From contig CAVZQM010000005.1 of assembly GCA_963777495.1 (NCBI GenBank), forward strand, positions 15,401-79,400: 64,000 nucleotides of DNA, given 5' to 3'. This DNA is from an uncultured Actinomycetes bacterium (GTDB lineage Bacteria; Actinomycetota; UBA4738; HRBIN12). Of this stretch, positions 1-7,335 are shown in pieces. The notes under the pieces are model-generated. The model saw nothing but the letters and a program-made list of their open reading frames with translations. It was not told the origin of the DNA and did no database searches. How positions within the stretch are numbered: position 1 is the first letter of the stretch; each line of letters starts with the position of its first letter. The position numbers and the translations under genes were made by a program.

Positions 1-366
1 CACACGCTGCGATCGGCGTTGGATGATCTGCGCGGATCGGGGGTGCGCGTCGCCGTCGACGATGCCGGCGCGGGGTTCGCGAGCCTCAAGCACATCCTGG
101 AGCTGGCGCCGGACCTCATCAAGCTCGACATCAGCATCGTGCATGACATCGGATCGGAACCGGCGCATCGCGCGCTTGCATCAGCGCTGGTGGGATTCGC
201 CCGCGAGACTGGGACCGTCCTGATCGCCGAAGGTGTGGAGACGGTCGAGGAGGCCACGACCATCCGCGCCCTCGGGATCCCGTTCATCCAGGGATACTTC
301 GCCGCACGACCGGGGCCGATCCCCGATCGCTCCGTCCTCCACTTGCCGTTCGACCGACACGCGTAG
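1..366 (+). CDS. EAL-domain protein (c-di-GMP phosphodiesterase type), C-terminal part; 5' end outside window
   Basis: Frame 1 is open from nt 1. ...ALDDLRGSGVRVAVDDAGAGFASLKHILELAPDLIKLDISIV...VLIAEGVETVEEATTIRALGIPFIQGYFAARP carries the conserved EAL blocks (DDxGxG, KLD, EGVE, QG). Stop TAG 364-366. Confidence 0.8.
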   Translation, partial: HTLRSALDDLRGSGVRVAVDDAGAGFASLKHILELAPDLIKLDISIVHDIGSEPAHRALASALVGFARETGTVLIAEGVETVEEATTIRALGIPFIQGYFAARPGPIPDRSVLHLPFDRHA

Positions 367-443
367 CACGAACTGGCCAAGCGGCCAGGCGTCTTGGCCG
401 ATCGGCCATCGAGCGTTCGTCCGACGCCCTGGATACTGCCGGT

Positions 444-767
444 ATGGACACCCTGGAGACGGACCTCAGGCCGTACCTGCGAGATGCAGCCGTGTGCTTC
501 ATCCCGCACTTGACCGACGAGCAACTCGATCGGATCGACCTCGCCTTCCGCAGGTCCAACGCGTTCACGATGGTGCGGAGGCTCACGGCCAACACCATCC
601 TCGTCGAAGGCTTCCCTGTGCGGGCACGCTCGTTGCGACAGGCGGAGGCCCTCACCTGGGAGCTGGTGGCCGCCCGTGTTCGGGGAGCGTTGCAGGACCG
701 ACGGGATGTCTGGACCCGGATCACGTCCATCGATGTCCGAGAGCCGGTCGGGGCGCTCTTCCCCTAG
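444..767 (+). CDS. hypothetical protein (107 aa)
   Basis: ATG 444 to TAG 767. Balanced composition and G/C-rich third positions, unlike the Arg/Pro-rich shadow ORFs around it. No family recognised. Confidence 0.45.
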   Translation: MDTLETDLRPYLRDAAVCFIPHLTDEQLDRIDLAFRRSNAFTMVRRLTANTILVEGFPVRARSLRQAEALTWELVAARVRGALQDRRDVWTRITSIDVREPVGALFP

Positions 768-924
768 ACACGCCCCCGCCTCGCATCGCCGATCCTCGAG
801 CGTGAGCGCCGGTGCCGATGCGATCAAATTGGCCACCGGATGTCCGAGCGAACCTCTAGCCTCGAGAAGCTGGGCCGTGAGTGTTGGCGGTCGAGGCGAT
901 CGCGTCTGGCGAGGAGGATGGCTC

Positions 925-1419
925 ATGGGAACACGCAGCGTCCGTTCGGTCCCCGAGGGCTACCACGCGGTCACTCCGTTCGTGATCGTGAAAGGTGCAG
1001 CCCGGTTCCTCGACTTCATGAGGGATGCGTTCGAGGCGGAGGAGCTCGGCCGAGTCGAGGGCGAGGATGGCGCGATCGGTCACGCCGAGACGAGGATCGG
1101 CGATTCGGTGGTGATGACGTTCGATGCCAAAGACGGATGGCCGTGGACCCCGAGCTTCCTCAGGCTCTATGTGGACGACGGCGATGCCGTGTACGAGCAA
1201 GCGTTGAAGGCAGGGGCGACGTCGGTCACCGAGATGACGAACATGCCTTGGGGCGATCGAGTGGGGCGCGTGCGTGACCCTCTGGACAACCTCTGGTGGA
1301 TCATGACGCGGATCGAGGACGTCGACGAGGCGGAGATGGCGCGTCGTGCAGGCGAGCCGGAGTACATCGAGGCGATGCGGTACGTCGAGAGCGCCGAGTT
1401 CTTCCCCGTCAACGAGTAG
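925..1419 (+). CDS. VOC-family (glyoxalase/PhnB-like) protein
   Basis: 3' two-thirds of ORF 676..1419. The 5' part is Arg/Ser-rich shadow sequence, so start set at ATG 925. ...GYHAVTPFVIVKGAARFLDFMRDAFEAEE...GAIGHAETRIGDSVVMTFDA...MPWGDRVGRVRDPLDNLWWI resembles PhnB/glyoxalase-fold proteins. Confidence 0.7.
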   Translation: MGTRSVRSVPEGYHAVTPFVIVKGAARFLDFMRDAFEAEELGRVEGEDGAIGHAETRIGDSVVMTFDAKDGWPWTPSFLRLYVDDGDAVYEQALKAGATSVTEMTNMPWGDRVGRVRDPLDNLWWIMTRIEDVDEAEMARRAGEPEYIEAMRYVESAEFFPVNE

Positions 1420-1469
1420 GAACGTGCATGGCGATCCGTCGAGCTGCGAGCTCCGTCTAGGATGTCGTC

Positions 1470-1862
1470 ATGGTCCGGTTGCTGATCAGCGCAGCGGTGT
1501 GGCTGACCTCGGCGGCCGTCGGGCTCCTGGTGGCCAAGCTCCTCATCGACGACATGACGATCGATCTCGGATCGTTCGTCGTGGTCGTGGTCATCTTCGC
1601 GACCGGCCAGGCCATCCTGTCTCCGTTCATGGCGAAGGTTGCGATGCGCAACGCGCCGGCGCTCCTCGGTGGCGTCGGGCTCTTCACGACCTTCATCGCG
1701 CTTCTGATCACCTCACTCCTGTCCGACGGCCTGACGATCGATGGCGCCGACACGTGGGTGTTCGCGACACTGGTCGTGTGGATCGTGACGATGCTCGCCA
1801 CGTTGCTCCTCCCGCTCCTGTTGGGGAAACGGATGGTTTCTGACCGGCGAGACGGGAACTGA
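1470..1862 (+). CDS. small integral membrane protein (possibly PF04020 4-TMS 'holin superfamily IV'-like)
   Basis: 130 aa with four hydrophobic helices (LLISAAVWLTSAAVGLLVAKLLI; FVVVVVIFATGQAILSPF; LLGGVGLFTTFIALLITSLL; VFATLVVWIVTMLATLLLPLLL). Family assignment tentative. Confidence 0.6.
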   Translation: MVRLLISAAVWLTSAAVGLLVAKLLIDDMTIDLGSFVVVVVIFATGQAILSPFMAKVAMRNAPALLGGVGLFTTFIALLITSLLSDGLTIDGADTWVFATLVVWIVTMLATLLLPLLLGKRMVSDRRDGN

Positions 1863-1882
1863 CCGATCGTCTATCCGATCGG
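1863..1882 (+). terminator. hairpin immediately after the membrane-protein stop (weak intrinsic-terminator candidate)
   Basis: CCGATCG (1863-1869) / CGATCGG (1876-1882) form a 7-bp stem with a 6-nt loop, starting 1 nt after TGA 1860-1862. No T-tract follows. Confidence 0.25.
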
Positions 1883-2062
1883 GGATGTAGTGGCTGGAAC
1901 CCGTTGCTATGCTGCGGGGCGCAGGGGGTGACACCGGCGCCCTAGCCCTTGGCGGGTGCCCCTCCTGCCTCCAACTAGTCAGTTCTGCTGACGCTCGACG
2001 TGCCGTCGGCGCATAGGATCTCACCCTCAAGGTCCCCTGCCGAGGTCGTCGAAACCTCTGGC

Positions 2063-2272
2063 ATGTTCGATGGCGCGTTCGCGGTCGCCGTGGTTCGTAA
2101 CGGGTATCGGATGACCTTCGACTCGTGGGCGACGGCGAGCGCGTGTGTCGAGATCGGGGATCAGGTCCGCGGCTACATGCCCGACGGCAGCACCGGCTAT
2201 GCGGAGGTGATCCCGCTCGACGATCCCTCTCTGGGCCCGAGTCGCTGGAGAGCGATCGTGATGTCGTGGTGA
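2063..2272 (+). CDS. small hypothetical protein (69 aa from ATG 2063; ORF-track 2000..2272)
   Basis: G/C-rich third positions (atg ttc gat ggc gcg ttc gcg gtc ...). No family recognised. Could be a chance ORF. Confidence 0.3.
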   Translation: MFDGAFAVAVVRNGYRMTFDSWATASACVEIGDQVRGYMPDGSTGYAEVIPLDDPSLGPSRWRAIVMSW

Positions 2273-2376
2273 CGAACGAGCCAACATCGCGAGCGAGATC
2301 AACAGCACCGCGTGCTCCGGCCACGTTCGCTGCGAGCCGGAAGATCGTGGAGCCGATGCCGCCGGCTAGATGACGG

Positions 2377-2736
2377 TCATGTGAGTGCTGCCACGCCAAC
2401 GGGTGGCGCGAGCGCTCCCCGCAGAAGCTCCAGCGGCTCTGGAAGCACCCAGAAGTAGACCCACCGGCCGCGCTTCTCCCGCCCGACCAAGCCGGCGTCG
2501 GCCAGGACCTTCAGATGGTGACTCACCGTGGGCTGCGAGAGCCCGACAGGGGCCGTCAGCTCGCAGACGCACGCCTCTCCGTTCGGGTGAGCACCGAGGA
2601 TGCTCAGCAACCGGAGACGCGCCGGGTCGGCCAGGACGCGAAGAGCGGCTGCCAATCGCTCGGCCTCTCCCTCATCCAGGGGTTCGGCAAGGAGCTGGGG
2701 GCAGCACTCGGCATCGATCGTCTGGATCAGCTTCAT
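2377..2736 (-). CDS. arsR: ArsR/SmtB-family metalloregulatory repressor
   Basis: 119 aa. Winged HTH ...LSQPTVSHHLKVLADAGLVGREKRGRWVYF. CVC motif in helix alpha-3 (GEACVCEL) plus an N-terminal vicinal Cys pair (AECCPQ), i.e. a thiolate metal/metalloid site. Lies next to arsC. Confidence 0.9.
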   Translation of the reverse strand: MKLIQTIDAECCPQLLAEPLDEGEAERLAAALRVLADPARLRLLSILGAHPNGEACVCELTAPVGLSQPTVSHHLKVLADAGLVGREKRGRWVYFWVLPEPLELLRGALAPPVGVAALT

Positions 2737-2745
2737 GCCGTCATA

Positions 2746-2779
2746 TTGACGGTGGTCGATACTTCTGTCAACGTATCGA
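2746..2779. promoter_or_regulatory. nested inverted repeats in the arsR control region (candidate ArsR operator)
   Basis: TTGAC 2746-2750 / GTCAA 2767-2771 and TCGATAC 2756-2762 / GTATCGA 2773-2779. They lie 10-43 nt upstream of the arsR start (2736) and upstream of the divergent micro-ORF. Confidence 0.4.
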
Positions 2780-2809
2780 CGCTCGTCTATGCGAGAGGAG
2801 GTGTCCGAG

Positions 2810-2869
2810 ATGCTCGGTTCTACCGATCCTTGTTGCCCCGAGGAGGGCTGCCCGCCCGGCTGCTGCTAG
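2810..2869 (+). CDS. candidate 19-codon Cys-rich micro-ORF (MLGSTDPCCPEEGCPPGCC)
   Basis: ATG 2810 preceded by AGAGGAGG (2794-2801) with an 8-nt spacer; TAG 2867-2869. 5 Cys (two vicinal pairs) and 4 Pro in 19 aa. Divergent from arsR and convergent with arsC. Too short to judge coding statistics. Confidence 0.3.
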   Translation: MLGSTDPCCPEEGCPPGCC

Positions 2870-2890
2870 ACAGCCGCCGTTCGCGTCGGA

Positions 2891-2911
2891 CAGGGGCTGG
2901 GCCCGCCCCTG
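2891..2911. terminator. GC hairpin between the convergent micro-ORF and arsC (possible bidirectional terminator)
   Basis: CAGGGGC 2891-2897 / GCCCCTG 2905-2911, 7-bp stem with 7-nt loop. No clear U-tract. Confidence 0.3.
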
Positions 2912-2954
2912 GACGGCGCGAGCCGACGAGCCTCGCGCCAGGTCGATGACCGAC

Positions 2955-3642
2955 TCAACCCGCGAGCACCCCGAGCTGGTTCAACAGAGCCTTCACGCGA
3001 CGCTCGATGTCGTCCCGGATCGGTCGAACGTCCTCCAGCTCTTGTCCAGCGGGATCGGCGACCTCCCAATCCTCGTACCGCTTGTCGGGGAAGATCGGGC
3101 AGGCGTCGCCGCACCCCATCGTGATGACCACATCCGCCGCCCTGGATCACCTCGTCGGTCCACGGCTTCGGGAACTCCGATGCGATGTCGATCCCGACCT
3201 CGCGCATCGCCGCGATGGCTGAGGGGTTCACCTCGCTCGCAGGGTCGGAGCCACCCGAGAAGACCTCGATGCGGTCTTGACCGAGCTCGCTCGCCCAGCC
3301 TGCCGCCATCTGCGAACGACCAGCGTTGTGGACACACAAGAAGACGATCGACGGGACGCCGCTCGTCATCTTCCCCTCGACCCGTGCGAGGGCTCGCAGC
3401 CGCTGCCGGGCGAAACGCTCGGAGAACAACGGCACGAAGTTCTTGATGCGCGCCGCTTGAAGGGCAAGCAGAGACGACGCGAGGTACAGCTCGATCGTCT
3501 CGACTCCGAACGTGCCACGGAACTCCTCTTGTAGGTCGTTCGCCGCGTGACGCACGATGGCTCGTTGTTCAACGGGCAGGACACTCATCGCTTCCGTGAG
3601 TTCGGACACCTGGGGACCCCTTTGTCGGACGACGGGCGTCAT
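2955..3642 (-). pseudogene. arsC: arsenate reductase ArsC (LMW-phosphatase type, with N-terminal helical domain); one frame break as sequenced
   Basis: ORF 2866..3846 gives ...VEQRAIVRHAANDLQEEFRGTFGVETIELYLASS... followed by IVFLCVHNAGRSQMAAGW (CX5R P-loop) ...SGGSDPASEVNPSAIAAMREVGIDI. After ...PKPWTDEVIQ the family sequence AADVVITMGCGDACPIFPDKRYEDWEVADPAGQELEDVRPIRDDIERRVKALLNQLGVLAG* continues in another frame to TGA 2957-2955, with the break near 3140. Start ATG 3642 (GAGG 6 nt upstream); ATG 3588 is an alternative. Confidence 0.85.
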
Positions 3643-3727
3643 TCTGGCCTCGGAAGGTGTCCAAGAGATGAACAGGAAGCGATCTCCGACTCTCCGATGG
3701 AGTCTTCGCTTGCCCGTCCGGTCCAGC

Positions 3728-4186
3728 TCAACGTGAGGCGCTCGGTACCACCGAGGCAGTTCGGAAGTCGTAGGTGACGGGCTCACGAGGATCGTGATCC
3801 TCGGTACCGGGAGCAGGGTTCCGCTCCCGATACTCGATCCCCACACGGGTCGAGGGATACACCGCGAACACCGATGCCGGCTCCGTCCCGTGGTTCTCGG
3901 TGCTGTGCGCCATGCCGGCAGGGATGAACGCGACGCCGCCTTCCCTCACCCGGCGACGATCGCTCCCGAGGATCACCGTCACCTGACCACTCCGATACAG
4001 CACGAGCTCGTCGATGGGATGCACGTGAAGCGGGATCCTGTCACCGGGCGCGATGACCTCGACGATCGCCGCGAGCGATTCGACGATACCCGCGGGATCG
4101 GTGAGCGCGGCCCAGTGGGTGTGGGGTCGATGGTCGTCTGGATCGCCGATCATCGGCTCCAGAACGTAGTCGTCGACGATCGCCAT
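3728..4186 (-). CDS. cupin-domain protein
   Basis: 152 aa. GDRIPLHVHPIDELVLYRSG fits cupin motif 1 (G-x5-H-x-H-x3-E-x6-G). GGVAFIPAGMAHSTEN fits motif 2 (G-x5-P-x-G-x2-H-x3-N). Confidence 0.75.
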   Translation of the reverse strand: MAIVDDYVLEPMIGDPDDHRPHTHWAALTDPAGIVESLAAIVEVIAPGDRIPLHVHPIDELVLYRSGQVTVILGSDRRRVREGGVAFIPAGMAHSTENHGTEPASVFAVYPSTRVGIEYRERNPAPGTEDHDPREPVTYDFRTASVVPSASR

Positions 4187-4225
4187 GGTTCCTCCTTGTT
4201 GGACGCTCTCCGTGAAGGCAATTCG

Positions 4226-4583
4226 CTACGGCTTCCCGACCTCGGCGAGACGGGTCTTCACGACCTTCTTCACGAGGGTCACCGGCAGGCGGCGCCCATA
4301 CTCGAAGCTGATCGTTCCCTTTCCCGTCACGAGGTCGCCGAGCTCGTCGCGGTGAGCGATGACCGCGGCCGGGCTCATCGGGAAGAAGCTGTAGTGCCGG
4401 TCGAATGCCATGTAGCCGACCAGACCCCGACCCTGGACCAGGAAGCCGGGCATCCCATAGGTGATGCCCTCTTCGGCTCGCGGGCGCCGCGGCCGCGATC
4501 GTTTCGCGAAGCTTCTGGAGCGGAGCACGGCGCGCAGGCTCGAGACTCGCGAAGTACGCGTCGACGCTCTCCGGTTTGTCCAT
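4226..4583 (-). pseudogene. DUF1801 (YdhG-like) domain protein; one frame break
   Basis: N-terminus MDKPESVDAYFASLEPARRAPLQKLRETIAAAAP (frame of ORF 4041..4835, ATG 4583) joins ...AEEGITYGMPGFLVQGRGLVGYMAFDRHYSFFPMS...GKGTISFEYGRRLPVTLVKKVVKTRLAEV (ORF 4226..4528). Break near 4478. Confidence 0.7.
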
Positions 4584-4613
4584 GGCTTCCGAGCCTACTC
4601 CGCCATGAGCGGT

Positions 4614-4686
4614 GGACCCACGGGGATTCGAACCCCGGACCTCTTGGCTGCCAGCCAAGCGCTCTACCAGCTGAGCTATGGGCCCT
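4614..4686 (-). tRNA. tRNA-Ala (anticodon GGC)
   Basis: Reverse complement GGGCCCATAGCTCAGCTGGTAGAGCGCTTGGCTGGCAGCCAAGAGGTCCGGGGTTCGAATCCCCGTGGGTCCA folds as a cloverleaf. Anticodon loop CTGGCAG, G3:U70 Ala identity pair, T-loop TTCGAAT. The genome continues CCG, so CCA is not fully encoded. Confidence 0.95.
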
Positions 4687-4699
4687 CGGGTGTCCGAGT

Positions 4700-5113
4700 C
4701 TACCCGGAGGATGCGGCGTCGGGCTCCTGCCACTCGAGCTGCGGGGCGTCGCGCCACAGTCGTTCCAGGTCGTAGTACGCACGCTCTTCTTCGCCGAAGA
4801 CGTGCACCACGACGTCGACGTAGTCGAGCAGCCACCAGCCGGCTTCGTCCTCGCCTTCGCGGCGGACCGGCTTCTCGCCCAGCTCGCGGATCGAGTCCTC
4901 GATCGACTCGATCACGGTCTTCACCTGACGGTTCGACGACGCCGTGCAGATCACGAAGAAGTCGGTGATGACGATGAGCTCATGCACGTCCAGGACGACG
5001 ACATCGGTGGCTTGCTTCGCCAGGGCGGCGCGGGCGGCCCGGGCAGCGACCTCGCGGCTCGGAGGCGCGCCGCGCATGGCGCTCCCCGTTGCCGTTCCTC
5101 CGCCTGCCGTCAA
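4700..5113 (-). CDS. rsfS: ribosome silencing factor RsfS
   Basis: ...AKQATDVVVLDVHELIVITDFFVICTASSNRQVKTVIESIEDSIRELGEKPVRREGEDEAGWWLLDYVDVVVHVFGEEERAYYDLERLW is the iojap/RsfS family pattern. TTG 5113 overlaps the upstream stop (TTGA); ATG 5077 is an alternative start. Confidence 0.85.
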   Translation of the reverse strand: MTAGGGTATGSAMRGAPPSREVAARAARAALAKQATDVVVLDVHELIVITDFFVICTASSNRQVKTVIESIEDSIRELGEKPVRREGEDEAGWWLLDYVDVVVHVFGEEERAYYDLERLWRDAPQLEWQEPDAASSG

Positions 5114-6211
5114 GCCGTGAAGTCCTTCCCCACGATGATCTGCACGTACCCGATACCCGATGCTACCTGGGACACCGCGATGCGGCCCACCCCCAGCGCG
5201 GCCTTCACCCGGCGCGCCTCCCGCAGGTGCTCTTCGCCCAGCGCCACGATCTGGGTCTCGTCCTGATCGAACTGCTCGGCGTTCTGTGACAGCGTGATGC
5301 GGAATCCCCGTCCGATGATCAGCCGGCCAACCGCCTCACCGACCCCGGTGGTCCCGGCGGCGTTCTGGACGATGACGGGGACCGGCGTTCGCTTCACGCC
5401 GAACCGCTCGGCCATCAGCACGTCTAGCTCCTCGTACTTCGGCACGCGGACGGTGGCCGCGGCGACCTGGACGGGCAGCGTCTCGATCCGCCCGTCCTTC
5501 GCACCGATCAGGGTGGCCTGCACGCCCGGCGAGGTCGTCGGTCTCGGTGAGATCGTCGGCCTCCAACTCCGGAGGCGCCGCCATCAGTCCGGCCAGCACG
5601 ACTTCCCACCGCGTGAACGTGTTCTGGTTCTCGGCACCCAGGAACGACGCGACCTGGGGACCGGTCATCGTCATCGGCCCCGGCCCGACGACCGTGCCGT
5701 CCAACTCCACCTCTTCCGGCAGCTCGACCCGCAGCCCGTCGTTCCGATCGATGAGCGTGGCGAGGTGCGCCAGATCGGTCACCGCGTAGTGCGCCGCCCA
5801 CGCGCCGACCACGTTCGAGAGCGCCACCTGGACGCCGTCGCCCGGGAGCGCCGCGACGCGGCGCGTGGTCAGCTCGCCCGCGCCGGGCACCTCGAGCGTC
5901 AGCCCCTGCGGGATGCCCATCGCCGCCGGCGGGCTGCCTGCGGTGCCGACGACCGCCAGCAGCGGCTTGGGTGCCCCGGTGACGGAGAGCGCCAGCAGCG
6001 CCGGGACCCGGCCTGCGGCCGGCGTGGGGCTTCCCGCGCCGTCGCCCGCGTTCGCCGGGCCGTCGATCTGTGTCATGGCGTACGCCAGACCGAGCGCGAC
6101 CACGATCCCGGTGACGAGCAGCTCGATCGACCGGCGACGATGTTCGCGCCGGCGCCGGTGGAGCCGCGTCACACGGGTCCTGGGGGCCCGTGGCGGCGAT
6201 CCGACGCTCAC
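5110..6211 (-). pseudogene. LytR-CpsA-Psr (LCP) family protein with C-terminal LytR_C domain; one frame break
   Basis: TM anchor RRSIELLVTGIVVALGLAYA and an LCP-like body (ORF 5336..6676 frame) up to ...LTETDDLAG. It continues as VQATLIGAKDGRIETLPVQVAAATVRVPKYEELD...PVIVQNAAGTTGVGEAVGRLIIGRGFRI...IVALGEEH (ORF 5110..5523). Break near 5525. GTG 6211 overlaps the nadD stop (GTGA). The nadD-LCP-rsfS order is typical of actinobacteria. Confidence 0.75.
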
Positions 6212-6813
6212 CGGTAGATGCCCGCCTTCTCCACGTAGCTCTTCACGCCCTCGGGCACCAGGTAGCGGATCGGGAGTCCCGCCCCGACCCGTCTGCGGAT
6301 GTCGGTGGACGAGATGGCGAGCGCCGGGATGTTCATCACCGTGATGTCGGGATGGCTGTTCGGCGACTTGGCCTGGATCGCCCCCAGGTCGTATCCCGGA
6401 CGCGTGGCGGCGATGAAGTGCGCCAGCTCGAAGACCTCCTCGTGGTCCTTCCACGCCAGGATCTCCACGATGGCATCCGCACCGGTGATGAAGAACAGGT
6501 CGACCTTGGGTCCGTAGAGCTGCTTGAGGCCTCGCAGCGTGTCGACCGTGTACGTCGGACCGTCGCGGTCGACCTCCATCCGCGAGACGCGGAACAGCGG
6601 GTTGCTCGCCGTCGCGATCACGGTCATCAGGTACCGATCCTCGGCCGGGGACACGACCTCGTGTTCCTTCATCCACGGCCGACCCGTCGGCACGAACAGG
6701 ACGGAATCCAGCGCGAACTGCACCAGCGCTTCCTCGGCGGTCACGAGGTGGCCGTAGTGGATGGGGTCGAACGTGCCGCCCATGACCCCCAGACGCGTCT
6801 CCACGCCGCCCAT
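6208..6813 (-). CDS. nadD: nicotinate-nucleotide adenylyltransferase
   Basis: MGGVETRLGVMGGTFDPIHYGHLVTAEEA...VLFVPTGRPWMKE...RMEVDRDGPTYTVDTL...FFITGADA...ISSTDIRRRV. (T/H)xGH motif GGTFDPIHYGH and ISST motif present. Start ATG 6813. Confidence 0.85.
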   Translation of the reverse strand: MGGVETRLGVMGGTFDPIHYGHLVTAEEALVQFALDSVLFVPTGRPWMKEHEVVSPAEDRYLMTVIATASNPLFRVSRMEVDRDGPTYTVDTLRGLKQLYGPKVDLFFITGADAIVEILAWKDHEEVFELAHFIAATRPGYDLGAIQAKSPNSHPDITVMNIPALAISSTDIRRRVGAGLPIRYLVPEGVKSYVEKAGIYR

Positions 6814-6851
6814 CCTACGGCCGGTCCGGACGGATCCGGCCAAGCGGACGA

Positions 6852-7335
6852 TCAGCTGCCCTCCAGCCACTGCAGGAGCTCTCGACGGTGGTCGCGGTAG
6901 TGGATGTGACCCGATTCCTCGAACCACTCGATGGCGTCGCGGGTCGCGCTCCGCTGCTCGCACGAGCTCGCACCACTGCCTGACGCATCTTGGTCCGAGC
7001 CGCATGGAGCTCGGCCTTCACCGTCGGGACGTCGAGCTCCCGTCGAGATCTCGAACCACTCGCGGTTCATGGCCTCGATGTCGATCCGCGCGTCGACGTA
7101 CGTGCCCAGCCGGATCCGTTCGAGCTGGTTCGCCGCCTCCGCGCACCACGCGGCGACGTGGAACATCGCGTCCTTCGGCGACCAGCCGTCGGACGTCAGG
7201 TGCGGCTCCTCGAACCGATCCGCCGGGACTCTGCTCGAACGCCGCGTGCAGCTCGACCCACGCCGCGTCCTCCTCGGTCGCCAGCCGTTCGGCGTCAGCG
7301 TCCATCCGCCGCGCCTCCCGTTCGAGCGGCCGCAT
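6852..7335 (-). pseudogene. DinB/ClbS-like helical-bundle protein (family tentative); at least four frame changes
   Basis: The reading path hops between all three minus frames. Segments are MRPLEREARRMDADAERLATEEDAAWVELHAAFEQ, then ADRFEEPHLTSDGWSPKDAMFHVAAWCAEAANQLERIRLGTYVDARIDIEAMNREWFEIS, then VKAELHAARTKMRQA, then WCELVRAAERDP, then ATRDAIEWFEESGHIHYRDHRRELLQWLEGS*. Confidence 0.45.

Noticed and set aside
1470-1862. 'Holin' gene as evidence of a prophage
   Set aside because: It is a single small 4-TMS membrane protein. There is no endolysin, terminase, capsid, tail or integrase gene nearby. The PF04020-like family is widespread as a chromosomal membrane protein.
1900-1975. 6C RNA or another known actinobacterial sRNA, or a riboswitch
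   Set aside because: A C-rich tract and hairpins are present, but I cannot place the two C-rich loops or any riboswitch core by eye. It is reported only as an unexplained structured spacer.
4041-4835. 264-codon minus-strand ORF spanning tRNA-Ala
   Set aside because: Only its short middle part (MDKPESVDAYF...) is real, as the N-terminus of the DUF1801 gene. The rest reads through a tRNA gene and the rsfS 3' end.
6852-7335. Colibactin-resistance (ClbS) function
   Set aside because: The family assignment itself is uncertain (DinB-like versus ClbS-like), the gene is multiply broken, and there is no pks or clb context.
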